Of a stretch of 53,036 nucleotides of DNA, positions 32,916 through 41,845 are shown piece by piece (within the stretch, counting starts at the first letter, position 1; the number at the start of each line of letters is the position of its first letter). A program made the position numbers and the translations under genes. The notes beneath the pieces were generated by a model that was not told the DNA's origin, made no database searches, and saw only the letters and a program-made list of their open reading frames with translations. The stretch is from Planctomycetota bacterium (lineage in GTDB: Bacteria; Planctomycetota; Phycisphaerae; Phycisphaerales; UBA1924), in NCBI GenBank assembly GCA_039179915.1, contig JBCDEF010000001.1, positions 1-53,036 on the forward strand, read 5' to 3'.

Positions 32916-34583
32916 TCACAGCGTCTGCGGCACGAGCTGCTCCTGCTTCCACTTTTTAAGCTTCAGGCCCAGCGTCCGCACCCCGATGCCCAGGCTCTTG
33001 GCCGTCTTCTGGCGGTGCCCGTTGAACCGCGTGAGTGTCGTGACGATCGCCTCCCGCTCGATCTCTTCGAGGGTGACCGGCTTCTGCGCGAGCTCGCGCA
33101 GGTCGTGCCCGTTGCCGGCCGCCGATGCGCCAAGAGCCGTCACCTCGGCCACCGCCAGCCCGTTCGTCGCCGCATCGCGCGCGGTCGGGCCCATCGACTC
33201 GATGAACTCGCGCGTCACCGAAGGCGAGACGTGCATCGCCGGCGCCGGGTGCCCGCCGACCGGCACCCCCGCCCGCCCGAACGCGTCGGCCGGAGCGCCA
33301 AAGCCCGGTTCGCTCGCGGGCCGATCCCCCATCCCGCCGAACGGCGAGCCCGCCGCCTGCTCGGGCTCGTCGGCGCCCGGCATCCCGAGCCACGGCTCGA
33401 TCAACGCCCCGTCGATCGGGCCGCCGCCGGACGCCTTGCCCAGCACCACCGCCCGCTCGCAGATGTTCTGCAGCTCCCGCACGTTGCCGGGCCACGGGTA
33501 GCGCCCGAGCGCCTCACGTACGCCGGCGGTCAGCTCCGGAGCGCTCGAGCCCTCGCGCTCGCTGATCGACCGGACGAACAGCTCGGCCAGCTCGACCGCG
33601 TCGCCCGCCCGCTCACGCAGCGGCGGCAGGTGTATCGGCAGCACGTTGAGCCGGAAGAACAGGTCCTGCCGGAACTCGCCACGCCCGACCGACCGCGGCA
33701 GATCCCGGTTGCTCGTCGCGACCACACGGACATCGACCCCGATCGTCGTGCTCGAACCCACGCGCTCGAAGCTCCGCTCCTGCAGAACGCGGAGCAGCTT
33801 GGCCTGCAGCGACGGCGGGATCTCGCTGACCTCATCGAGCAGCAGCGTGCCGCCATCGGCCAGCTCGAACCGCCCCTTGCGCAGCGTATCGGCTCCGGTA
33901 AACGCGCCCTTCTCGTGTCCGAACAGCTCCGATTCGAGCAAGGACTCGCTGAGCGCCGCGCAGTTCACCGCCAGGAACGGCCCGGCCGATCGCGAGCTCG
34001 CCTCGTGCACCGCCCGCGCGACCATCTCTTTGCCCGAGCCCGACTCGCCGACGACCATCACCGTGCCCTGGCTGTCGGCGACCGCCGCGACCTGCTCGCG
34101 GACACGCCGCATCGCCGACGACGAGCCGACAAGCCGAGCCACGCCCCGCCGGGCCCTCTCGCCCTGATCCGCCGACGCCGCACCAGCCGCGGCGCGGAGC
34201 ACCGCGTTCTCCTTGACCAGCGACGCGTGCCGGCACGCCCGCTTGATCGCGATCACCAGCTCATCGCCCTTGAACGGCTTGGTCACGTAATCGAACGCGC
34301 CCAGCTTCATCGCCTCGACCGCCGTCTCGACCGTGCCGAACGCGGTCATCAGCAGCATCGGCAGCTCGTCGTCGATCTCGCGGACGCGGCCCAGGAGCTC
34401 GATGCCCGTCATCCCGGGCATCTTCAGATCGCTGACGATCACATCCGGACGCCGCGCGGCCACCGCCGAGAGCGCCGCCTCGCCGCCGTCGGCCGTCCGC
34501 ACCGCGAAGCCCGCCCGTTCAAGCGTCGAGCCGACGCTGTCGCGCATCATCTCTTTGTCGTCAACCACCAAGACCGTCTTCAT
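32916..34583 (-). CDS. sigma-54-dependent response regulator (NtrC family; FlgR/FleR/FlbD-like flagellar activator)
   Basis: REC domain (VLVVDDKEMMRD...DVIVSDLKMPGMTG). AAA+ domain (VMVVGESGSGKEMVA, GAFTGA, ESELFGHEKG, LLLDEV). C-terminal Fis-type HTH. The ATG at 34583 overlaps the kinase stop (ATGA). Confidence 0.92.
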   Translation of the reverse strand: MKTVLVVDDKEMMRDSVGSTLERAGFAVRTADGGEAALSAVAARRPDVIVSDLKMPGMTGIELLGRVREIDDELPMLLMTAFGTVETAVEAMKLGAFDYVTKPFKGDELVIAIKRACRHASLVKENAVLRAAAGAASADQGERARRGVARLVGSSSAMRRVREQVAAVADSQGTVMVVGESGSGKEMVARAVHEASSRSAGPFLAVNCAALSESLLESELFGHEKGAFTGADTLRKGRFELADGGTLLLDEVSEIPPSLQAKLLRVLQERSFERVGSSTTIGVDVRVVATSNRDLPRSVGRGEFRQDLFFRLNVLPIHLPPLRERAGDAVELAELFVRSISEREGSSAPELTAGVREALGRYPWPGNVRELQNICERAVVLGKASGGGPIDGALIEPWLGMPGADEPEQAAGSPFGGMGDRPASEPGFGAPADAFGRAGVPVGGHPAPAMHVSPSVTREFIESMGPTARDAATNGLAVAEVTALGASAAGNGHDLRELAQKPVTLEEIEREAIVTTLTRFNGHRQKTAKSLGIGVRTLGLKLKKWKQEQLVPQTL

Positions 34584-35509
34584 GCCGCGCTCCTCGGGCC
34601 GGAGTCCTTCCGCCCGCCTGCTGTTGTGTCGTTGTCGGCGGCCGCTGGCAGCCAGATCTCGAACGTCGCGCCGCCCGGGTCGTCGCCGCCGTCGCGCTGC
34701 GCCGCCGGCCGATTGCAAACGCGCACCTGCCCGCCATGGACATCCACGATCCGGTGCACGATCGCCAGCCCCAAGCCTGTCCCGGCCGCCCGCGTGGTAA
34801 AGAAAGGATTGAACATCCGCTCGACGACCTCGGGCGCCACGCCAGGCCCCGTGTCCTCGACCGAGACCACGGCCCACGCGCCGTTCCGCTCCGCGTGCCG
34901 CGTCCGCAGTGTCACCCGGCCCGAGCCCCCCACCGCGTCCGCCGCGTTGCGGATCACGTTGACCAGCGCCTGGTGCAGCATGCCGGGGTCGGCGTGCAGC
35001 GGCACATCGCCGACCAGCTCCAGCTCGACGCCCGCCAGGCTCGTGCCGCACGCCTCGACCGCGCGGCGCAGCGCGTCATCGCTCGAGACCATCGCCGCCT
35101 CGGGCCGCATCTCCCGGCTGAACGCCAGCACGTCGTTGACCACCGCGTCCAGCCCCTGCACCGAACGCAGGATCTTGCCCGCCACCTCGCGCTCGCCCGG
35201 CCGGTCGGCCAGGTCCGCGATCAGCATCTCCGCGTACAGCACGATCGAGCCGAGCGGGTTGCGCACCTCGTGTGAGATGCCCGCGGCCATTTCGCCCAGC
35301 GCCGCGAGCCGGCGCGAACGCTCCAGCTCGTCGTTGGCGCGACGCAGCTCGTCCTGCAGCCGCACGACCTCGCCCGTGAGCCGCTCGTGCGTCGACTGCA
35401 GCTTGGCGGTCACGTCGTTGAACGCCGCGAACAACGATTCGAGGTCGCCCGAGCCCGCCGGCGGCCGCACCATCGATGCTGCTGGTATCTCGTCCGTCGC
35501 GCCGCTCAT
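34580..35509 (-). CDS. cytoplasmic sensor histidine kinase (HisKA + HATPase_c, no TM or recognisable sensor domain; FlgS/FleS-like)
   Basis: H-box LGEMAAGISHEVRNPLGSI, N-box VNVIRNAADA and G-boxes VEDTGPGV / GTGLGLAIV. Only a ~70-aa coiled-coil N-terminus. Confidence 0.88.
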   Translation of the reverse strand: MSGATDEIPAASMVRPPAGSGDLESLFAAFNDVTAKLQSTHERLTGEVVRLQDELRRANDELERSRRLAALGEMAAGISHEVRNPLGSIVLYAEMLIADLADRPGEREVAGKILRSVQGLDAVVNDVLAFSREMRPEAAMVSSDDALRRAVEACGTSLAGVELELVGDVPLHADPGMLHQALVNVIRNAADAVGGSGRVTLRTRHAERNGAWAVVSVEDTGPGVAPEVVERMFNPFFTTRAAGTGLGLAIVHRIVDVHGGQVRVCNRPAAQRDGGDDPGGATFEIWLPAAADNDTTAGGRKDSGPRSAA

Positions 35510-35985
35510 GCCGAGCGGTCCTGGTACCGCGGGCCCTTGGTCGGCGCGGAGCCATAGGCGTTGACCGCGGCGTTCGACCGCGTCACGCCGCCGGCCAGAT
35601 CGCGGACGGTGTTCCGCCGGGTTTCCATCGTCTGCCGGTCGGCCTCGTCGCGCTCGGCCACGCGGCGCATCATCGTTTCGAGCGAGCCGAGCATGCCACG
35701 AACCCGCTCGCGCTCGGCCTCGCCCAGCAACGCGATGTGCGATTCCCAGCTCGAGCGGAACGGCCCGAGCCGCGTCGAGACCCCCGCGATCTGTTCGATC
35801 ACGGTCTGACGCTCACCGAGCACCCGCAGCAGCTCGTCGGTCGATTCGGCGCCGTCGGCTTCGATCAGCTCGTGCTGCCGCCCGCTCAGCTCGTCGAGCC
35901 GCCCGCACAGCGAGAGCTGTTCTGCGACAAGACCGATGATCGATTCGGCGGGCGCGCCCTCTGTTGCCGTCGCCTGTTCGGTCAT
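35506..35985 (-). CDS. FlgN-family-like protein (flagellar chaperone-like)
   Basis: 159-aa helical protein with an FlgN-like heptad pattern (LVAEQLSLCGRLDELSGRQHELIEAD...ELLRVLGERQTVIEQI...). Its stop overlaps the kinase ATG (ATGA). Confidence 0.45.
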   Translation of the reverse strand: MTEQATATEGAPAESIIGLVAEQLSLCGRLDELSGRQHELIEADGAESTDELLRVLGERQTVIEQIAGVSTRLGPFRSSWESHIALLGEAERERVRGMLGSLETMMRRVAERDEADRQTMETRRNTVRDLAGGVTRSNAAVNAYGSAPTKGPRYQDRSA

Positions 35986-36038
35986 CCTGACCCCTTCCCG
36001 CCGGGCTCCGCCCGGCTGTTGCCATCAATCCCGCCGCG

Positions 36039-38639
36039 TCAGCCCCCGGCCGACGCGTCCATGCCCGACGCCCGCAGCGACGCCAGCTCGAAGCTCGAAT
36101 CGAGCCATCGCTCCCAGTCCGACCGGCTCATCGGCAGGGTCGGATCATCCCAGACATCTTCGGGCAGCCGCTCGTAGAACCGCCGCGCTTTCTCGCTCGC
36201 CGTAACCGCCTGCTCGAGCTGGCCCGACTCGATGTACGCGTTGAAGATCTGCACCAGCGCCACCAGCGAGGCCGGGTCGTCCTCGTACCGGTCCTTGGCG
36301 ATCTGGTACGACCGGATCGCCCGCTCAAAGTCGCCCAGGTCAAACGCGCAGTCGCCGAGGTAAAAGTACGCGTTGCGCAGATAAACCTCGTCCATCGCGG
36401 TCCGCCGGCGCTCGTGCATCGCCTCGTACCCGTCCCGGGTCTGCCCGTAGAGCTCGATCGCACGCAGCAGGTGCGACGATCGCGTGTCCAGCAGCTCGCG
36501 CTCGACGCTCGGCGCGATCGCGCCCTCGCCGAGCGTCCGGTCGATCGCGGCCGATTCGAGCCGGTACGAATCGGCCAGCAAGAACCGGATCTTGTTCAGC
36601 GATCGCTCCGACTGCTCGCGGACGAGGGCCTCTTCGAGGTGCTCGATCGCCTGCGGGTGCCGGCCCTCATAATAATGGACCGTGCCCATCGCGGTCAGCG
36701 CCTGGCCGAAGGCATCGCCGTCGACACCGCCGGCCTCACCCCGCAGCACCGCGCCCAGCAGCTCGGCCGCCCGCTCGTCGTTCGACGGGTCCGGGTCCTC
36801 GAGGTAGACCTCCGCCAGCGGCACATAGCTGCGCACGCCCCAGGGCCCCACCGACCCGCTCCGCTCCGGGTCGAGCGCCTCGTCGAGCAAGGCTTCAAAC
36901 TGCTCGGCCGCCAGCTCGTACTCGCCCGACGCCTGGTACGCCCGGGCCAGCCGGAAGCGGGCCGCGGCCACCCGCGGGTCGCTGTCGATCGTGCCCGCGA
37001 ACTCGACGTAGGCCGCGATCGCTTCGCCCGTGTCGCCCCCGCGGTCGAACATCGATGCCGCGGTCCAGACGCTGTCGGCGTACGCACGGTCCTGGTCCGA
37101 GCCCGCGATCGCGTCGGCGTGCCGCCGCGCATAGTCGCCCGCACGGACGAACCAACGCTGCGCCTGCGCCCGCGTCGCCGGGTCGAGCTCGGCCAGCTCG
37201 ACATAGCCGTCGGCCCCGACGCCCTCGTCCTCGTGCGACCCGGCGAGCTGCTCGGCCAATGCGCGATAGACCGTCGACTGCGCGAGCAACGCACGCGGAT
37301 CGATCCCCGCATCGCGCACCACCGCCAGGTCCTCGGCCAGCTGCGCGTACTCGGCCGATTGCTCGTACGCGCCGCGCGCCATGTGCTCGTCGAACCGGGC
37401 CAGGATGCTCCGGCGGCCCTCGGCGATCGCCGCCGGCTCCCCGCCCTGCACCCGGACCTCGTCGACAAACCGGGCGTACACCCCCACCGCGTCCGCGTGC
37501 GACGCCACCGCAGGGTCGATCTCGGCAAGCACCGAGAGCACCTCACCGAGCGCCACCAGCGCCGGCAGGTACGACGGCGAGCTCGCGTGCGACGCGACCA
37601 CCCGCTCGAACCGCAGCCGCGCCTCGTCGCTCTCGCCGGACTGTTCGAGCACACGGCCCTCGGCCAGCAGCGCCCGGGCGAACGCGTCGTCGCCCTCGCT
37701 GAGCAGGCTCGTCGCGCGGTCAAGCTGCTTCCTCGCGTCCGCGACCGACCCGCTCTCGGCATAGGCCTCGCCCAGCAGCAGCAAAAGCTCGCCGCGCCGG
37801 GTCGCGCTCGCGCCCTCCATCCGGGGCATCACGCGCAGCAGCCGGGCGATCGCCTCCTCGATGTACCCCTGGGCCATCCGAAGCTCGGTGCGGCGGGCGA
37901 TGACCCAGGCCCCATCATCGACCGTCAGCAGCGGCTGCTCGCCGAACGAGACCAGCAGATCAGTCGCCAGATCCTCGCGCGGCGGCGAGGCGGCCAGCAT
38001 CGCTGAAATCGAGCGCTTGTACAGCGACGCCCGAGCCGCCGCCGCGTCGTCTCCGATCGACCCGATCCGCTCGGCGACCTCGTCGTACTTGCCCATCGCC
38101 AGCATGGAGGAGACCTCCGTGGCCGCCTCCCGGTCTTCCATCTCGTGCCCGAGCCCGAGTGCCTTGTCGAACTCCTCGAGGATCTGCTCGTGGTTCGCCT
38201 CGACATCGATGCCCAGCTGCGTCTGCCCCGCCGCGATCGCCATCGCCCGCAGCGCGTGGAACGACCGGCGGATCTCCGGGGTGACCGAACCGTGCGAGAG
38301 CAGCGGCCGCGCCTCATCATTGAGCACCGCCAGCGCGAGCTCCGGCGCGCCTCGCTCGAGCTCGCCGCGGGCACGCTCGATTATGCCGGGCACATCCGGC
38401 GCCGGCCGGGAAAGCTGCACCATCACGATGCCCGTCAGCAGCAGCGCCGACGCCGCGCCCAGCGTCGGCACCTGCCACAGCTCACGCCAGCGACGCCGGC
38501 GCGGGCCGGTGCCCTCGCCGGTGTCGCCGGGCGACGCGTCATGCTCGGCTTGGTTGGGCTCTGCCGAAGTCACTGCGCCGGATCGCCCGCCCAGCGGGCC
38601 TCCATCGAAAACATGCACACCGATCACCGGCCGCGACAC
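36039..38639 (-). CDS. TM-anchored tetratricopeptide-repeat (TPR) protein, 866 aa
   Basis: One N-terminal TM helix (VPTLGAASALLLTGIVMVQL) followed by numerous TPR-like helical hairpins (e.g. ARFRLARAYQASGEYELAAEQFEALL; NAYFYLGDCAFDLGDFERAIRSYQIA). GTG start. Confidence 0.8.
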   Translation of the reverse strand: MSRPVIGVHVFDGGPLGGRSGAVTSAEPNQAEHDASPGDTGEGTGPRRRRWRELWQVPTLGAASALLLTGIVMVQLSRPAPDVPGIIERARGELERGAPELALAVLNDEARPLLSHGSVTPEIRRSFHALRAMAIAAGQTQLGIDVEANHEQILEEFDKALGLGHEMEDREAATEVSSMLAMGKYDEVAERIGSIGDDAAAARASLYKRSISAMLAASPPREDLATDLLVSFGEQPLLTVDDGAWVIARRTELRMAQGYIEEAIARLLRVMPRMEGASATRRGELLLLLGEAYAESGSVADARKQLDRATSLLSEGDDAFARALLAEGRVLEQSGESDEARLRFERVVASHASSPSYLPALVALGEVLSVLAEIDPAVASHADAVGVYARFVDEVRVQGGEPAAIAEGRRSILARFDEHMARGAYEQSAEYAQLAEDLAVVRDAGIDPRALLAQSTVYRALAEQLAGSHEDEGVGADGYVELAELDPATRAQAQRWFVRAGDYARRHADAIAGSDQDRAYADSVWTAASMFDRGGDTGEAIAAYVEFAGTIDSDPRVAAARFRLARAYQASGEYELAAEQFEALLDEALDPERSGSVGPWGVRSYVPLAEVYLEDPDPSNDERAAELLGAVLRGEAGGVDGDAFGQALTAMGTVHYYEGRHPQAIEHLEEALVREQSERSLNKIRFLLADSYRLESAAIDRTLGEGAIAPSVERELLDTRSSHLLRAIELYGQTRDGYEAMHERRRTAMDEVYLRNAYFYLGDCAFDLGDFERAIRSYQIAKDRYEDDPASLVALVQIFNAYIESGQLEQAVTASEKARRFYERLPEDVWDDPTLPMSRSDWERWLDSSFELASLRASGMDASAGG

Positions 38640-38707
38640 GGCCTCTCATATGGGTTATCGGGAGGTCGACCGCGCAATCTTGACCGATCCTGCGCGGGAA
38701 TCGCGGC

Positions 38708-40360
38708 TCAGTTCTCGAGCGGATGAGCGACGAGCACCGCGGTGCGGGCCATCGCGTCGCCACGATGCCGCCCGTCGGGGTCGCTGAGCGCCAACGCCGC
38801 CGCGGGCGGCAGCAGCCATTTGACGATATTCCGAAGGATCGCCCCGCCCAGTGTCGGAGCCCGGAACACCCCTGGTTCCGGGGTGCCCTGCGGCCCAGTA
38901 TCGACCCGGGCGACGAAGAGCCCCGTGGCCAGCTTGCCCAGACTGCGTCCCAGAATCGCCTCGCCAGCCGCGGAGTGGGCCGCCGTCAGACCAAGCGTCA
39001 GCACCAGAGGCAGCACCGAGAACTGGCCGGTCAGCGGCATCGTCAGCGGGCCGAACGCCTCGAGCACCGTGACCCCCGTCAGCCGCGAGGCGATCAGCAC
39101 CCCCAGCGTCAGGTCAAGCACCGTGGCCAGCAGACGCCGACCGCCCGGTGCGAGCGATGTCCCCGGCGGCAGCATGATCACCTCGCCCGACGGCATCGGA
39201 CGCAACACCACGACCAGCATCACCGCCATCATCAGAAACAGCAGCAGCGCCAGGATCCTGAACTCCGACTGCGAGACCGGGGCCGCGCCGCGGCCGTCGC
39301 CCTCGAACAGCACCCGCCCCGTGACCAAGCTCAGCTCGGCGATACGGCTGATCGGCAGGTTCGCCCCGGGCGTGGGCAGGCCGGAACCCAGCTCATCCGT
39401 TTCCCGGCTGTCGCTCCAGACCGCCACCAGTCGGCCCGTCGTGCCGATCACCGCAAAACCGGCCCGCTCCGGCGCCGCCAACTCGGCAAGCGGCACCCGC
39501 CCCCGCGTCGACACCAATGAAACGGCCGTCGCCTCAGGCCCGGCAGGCTCGCGGACGACCACCTCGCCCCGCCACAGGCCCACGATCCGAGCCGCCGACG
39601 GAAGCCCGGCCACCCGCGATTCCCATTCGACCCGGACCGACCCGCTCTCGCCCGACGGCTCGAATCGCGTCAGGCGGACGGCATCGCCGACCACCTCAAC
39701 CACGGCCAGTCCAAACTCATCCGCGAACAGGGCCTGGCGCGTCGGCTCACCGTCGGGAGCGTTCGGCAGCTCGACCACCTGGACCCAGCCGCGGCGATCC
39801 AGCCGCCACAGCCGCCTCACGCCGTTGTCGTCCCGCTCCAGAACGTGCAGCCTGCCGTCCAACGCGGCGACGCCGAGCAGCTCGCCGCCGGCTTCGAACG
39901 CCGGCAGGATCCGCAGCCGCCGATCCGGGAGATACTGCCACAGGTCGCGGTAGCCGCGGGGCTCGGCCCGGAGCTGGCCGACGCTCCATCGGCCCGAGTC
40001 CTCGTCTTTGGTCATGGCGAAAACGGCGTTGCCGCTGGCTGCGAGCCAGCCGGGGGCCTCGCCGAGCCTCGCCGCCGCCGCCAGCCGGCCGTCGGGCGCG
40101 GGCAGCGCGACGCCGTCGCCCAGCCGCGGCGGCACATGCCGCAGCAACGCGCCACCGACACGAAGACCGGGCGCTCGATTGGTGTCCTCCTCGTCGCCGT
40201 CGTCTGGCTCGGGCACAGGCACAACCACCCAGGCGTGGCCCGCCCCGTCCGCCGACCCGCTGCCGACCGCACCGCGTGTCTCGTCGAGCTGGCCTGCCGA
40301 GCGTGCGCAGCACAACGCGGCCAGCACACACATCACCAGCATCATCGCCGGACGCGTCAT
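38708..40360 (-). CDS. secreted/membrane protein with unknown N-terminal ~350-aa domain and C-terminal RDD-family membrane domain
   Basis: Signal peptide (MMLVMCVLAALCCARSAG). The C-terminus has the RDD pattern RRLLATVLDLTLGVLIA...GRSLGKLATGLFVARVD and 3-4 TM helices. Confidence 0.65.
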   Translation of the reverse strand: MTRPAMMLVMCVLAALCCARSAGQLDETRGAVGSGSADGAGHAWVVVPVPEPDDGDEEDTNRAPGLRVGGALLRHVPPRLGDGVALPAPDGRLAAAARLGEAPGWLAASGNAVFAMTKDEDSGRWSVGQLRAEPRGYRDLWQYLPDRRLRILPAFEAGGELLGVAALDGRLHVLERDDNGVRRLWRLDRRGWVQVVELPNAPDGEPTRQALFADEFGLAVVEVVGDAVRLTRFEPSGESGSVRVEWESRVAGLPSAARIVGLWRGEVVVREPAGPEATAVSLVSTRGRVPLAELAAPERAGFAVIGTTGRLVAVWSDSRETDELGSGLPTPGANLPISRIAELSLVTGRVLFEGDGRGAAPVSQSEFRILALLLFLMMAVMLVVVLRPMPSGEVIMLPPGTSLAPGGRRLLATVLDLTLGVLIASRLTGVTVLEAFGPLTMPLTGQFSVLPLVLTLGLTAAHSAAGEAILGRSLGKLATGLFVARVDTGPQGTPEPGVFRAPTLGGAILRNIVKWLLPPAAALALSDPDGRHRGDAMARTAVLVAHPLEN

Positions 40361-41274
40361 GACGCCGGCCCCCCGGCCCCCTCGCGGATCACCCGAACGT
40401 CCTCGACCCGGAACCGCTCGAGGAGCTGGTCGAGATCAAAAACCACCGGCCGCGGCCGACGCGGGCTCAGCTCCGCGTCGCGGAGCGTCAGCTCGATCGT
40501 TGCCTCCGCCGCCGGCACCTCGATGATCGCCGAGCCGGCCATCCGCGGCTCCACCGCCGCCCCGAGCCGGTTCAGCACCCGGCCGTGGTCGCCCAGCCGC
40601 GCCACGCAGACCGGCTCGCCCGCGGCCGTCAGGATCTCCACCGCCATCGGGTCGCCGGTGAAGACGTCGACGTGCACCCGCCATCGGCGGTCGGCGTCCT
40701 CGAACCCGACCGCGGCCGTCCGCGACGTGTCCAGCCCGTCAAGCCGTGTCCACGACACACCCACCACCCGCGGCAACCCCACCGAACCCGGCTCGGGCCA
40801 CGGCACCGCGTCCAGCCCCAGCAGCAGGTCCCGCGGCAGGATCGGCACGCCGAGCACATCCACCGACGCCGCGGCCGCCGAGCCGGCCTCCCCGACCAAC
40901 GCCCGCCGGGCCTCGATCAGCTCGATCCACCAGAACCGCGTGCCGTCCGACCCGAGGATCAGACCGGGCTCGCCCAGCTTGCCGACAAACAGCGCCACCG
41001 AGCCCGGACGGATGAACTGCAGGTGCCCCTCGCCCTGGTCGCGCCGCCGCTCGCCCTCTGCATCGACGTACCGCAGCGCCACAATCGCCCGGGCCCAGTA
41101 GCGGTCGAGCGTGCCGATCCGCCGGTTGGCCTTGGCGTACAGGGCGTCGTAGCCCGGCAGCTCGACGGCCGGCCCGTTCGCCTCGGCCCCCGATCCGCCC
41201 GCGGACCGGCAGCCGGAGCATCCGAGCAGCACGATCAGCACGGCCGCGGCCAGCGCGGTGCGGCTAGCGGCCAT
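40357..41274 (-). CDS. lipoprotein, LolA/LolB-like (DUF4292-like) by pattern; unknown function
   Basis: Lipobox LLGCSGC. The strand-rich body (AIVALRYVDAEGERRRDQGEGHLQFIRPGSVALFVGKLGEPGLILGSDGTRFWWIEL) overlaps neighbouring genes by 4 and 11 nt. Confidence 0.6.
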   Translation of the reverse strand: MAASRTALAAAVLIVLLGCSGCRSAGGSGAEANGPAVELPGYDALYAKANRRIGTLDRYWARAIVALRYVDAEGERRRDQGEGHLQFIRPGSVALFVGKLGEPGLILGSDGTRFWWIELIEARRALVGEAGSAAAASVDVLGVPILPRDLLLGLDAVPWPEPGSVGLPRVVGVSWTRLDGLDTSRTAAVGFEDADRRWRVHVDVFTGDPMAVEILTAAGEPVCVARLGDHGRVLNRLGAAVEPRMAGSAIIEVPAAEATIELTLRDAELSPRRPRPVVFDLDQLLERFRVEDVRVIREGAGGPAS

Positions 41275-41812
41275 CGTCGCCGTCCATCAGTGTCGCGACC
41301 TGCTCGGCGAGGTCCGCCAGCGCCGCCTCGTCCAGCTCGCCCGCCGCCTGCGGGTCGTGCACAACCATCGGCGCTTCCTCCTCGGCCGAGCCCCGAACCC
41401 GCACCAGCAGCGCGTGGTCCTGCGTGCCGATGTACTCCAGCCGCCGCTTCCGCATGAGCTGCAACGCCAGCACGTAGCGGAACGCCCGCCGCCGGGGGTC
41501 GTCGGTGCCCTCGAGCTGCTCGAACAGGTCCATCAGCCCATCGGGCGAGATCAGCGGGTCCTGCTTGACGCCCGGCTCGGGCGCGCTGGCGTGCCAGACC
41601 GCGAAGACCGTTCGCGACCCGTCCGGGCGGGCCCCAGAGGACCACGCCGCATCGGTGTAATCCAGACGATCGAAACGGTCGGCGTCCGCCTCCGACTCGG
41701 CCGACGGCTCGAGCAGCACCACCACGATCGGCTCGCCCGGCTCGAACGACCGGCCGGTCGAGGCGCACCGGAGGGTCGAACGGGGGATCGAAAACGCGGC
41801 GGCGGTGCTCAT
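41264..41812 (-). CDS. hypothetical cytoplasmic protein (182 aa)
   Basis: Good composition and G/C third-position bias. No family recognised. First large gene of the co-directional operon. Confidence 0.6.
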   Translation of the reverse strand: MSTAAAFSIPRSTLRCASTGRSFEPGEPIVVVLLEPSAESEADADRFDRLDYTDAAWSSGARPDGSRTVFAVWHASAPEPGVKQDPLISPDGLMDLFEQLEGTDDPRRRAFRYVLALQLMRKRRLEYIGTQDHALLVRVRGSAEEEAPMVVHDPQAAGELDEAALADLAEQVATLMDGDDGR

Positions 41813-41845
41813 GGGCAGGACTCTAGTCGCTCGGCGGCGACGCCC

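Noticed and set aside
33015-35564. 849-aa plus-strand ORF opposite the activator and kinase genes
   Set aside because: It is a shadow ORF. The minus strand encodes textbook REC/AAA+/HTH and HisKA/HATPase motifs, and the plus-strand product is Arg/Pro/Ala low complexity.
36009-36024. TGGCAACAGCCGGGCG upstream of the FlgN-like gene as a sigma-54 promoter
   Set aside because: The spacing is correct and the -24 element is good, but the -12 element is GGGC instead of TTGC. This is too weak to call. An overlapping GCCGGGC-gga-GCCCGGC hairpin more likely marks the end of the TPR gene.
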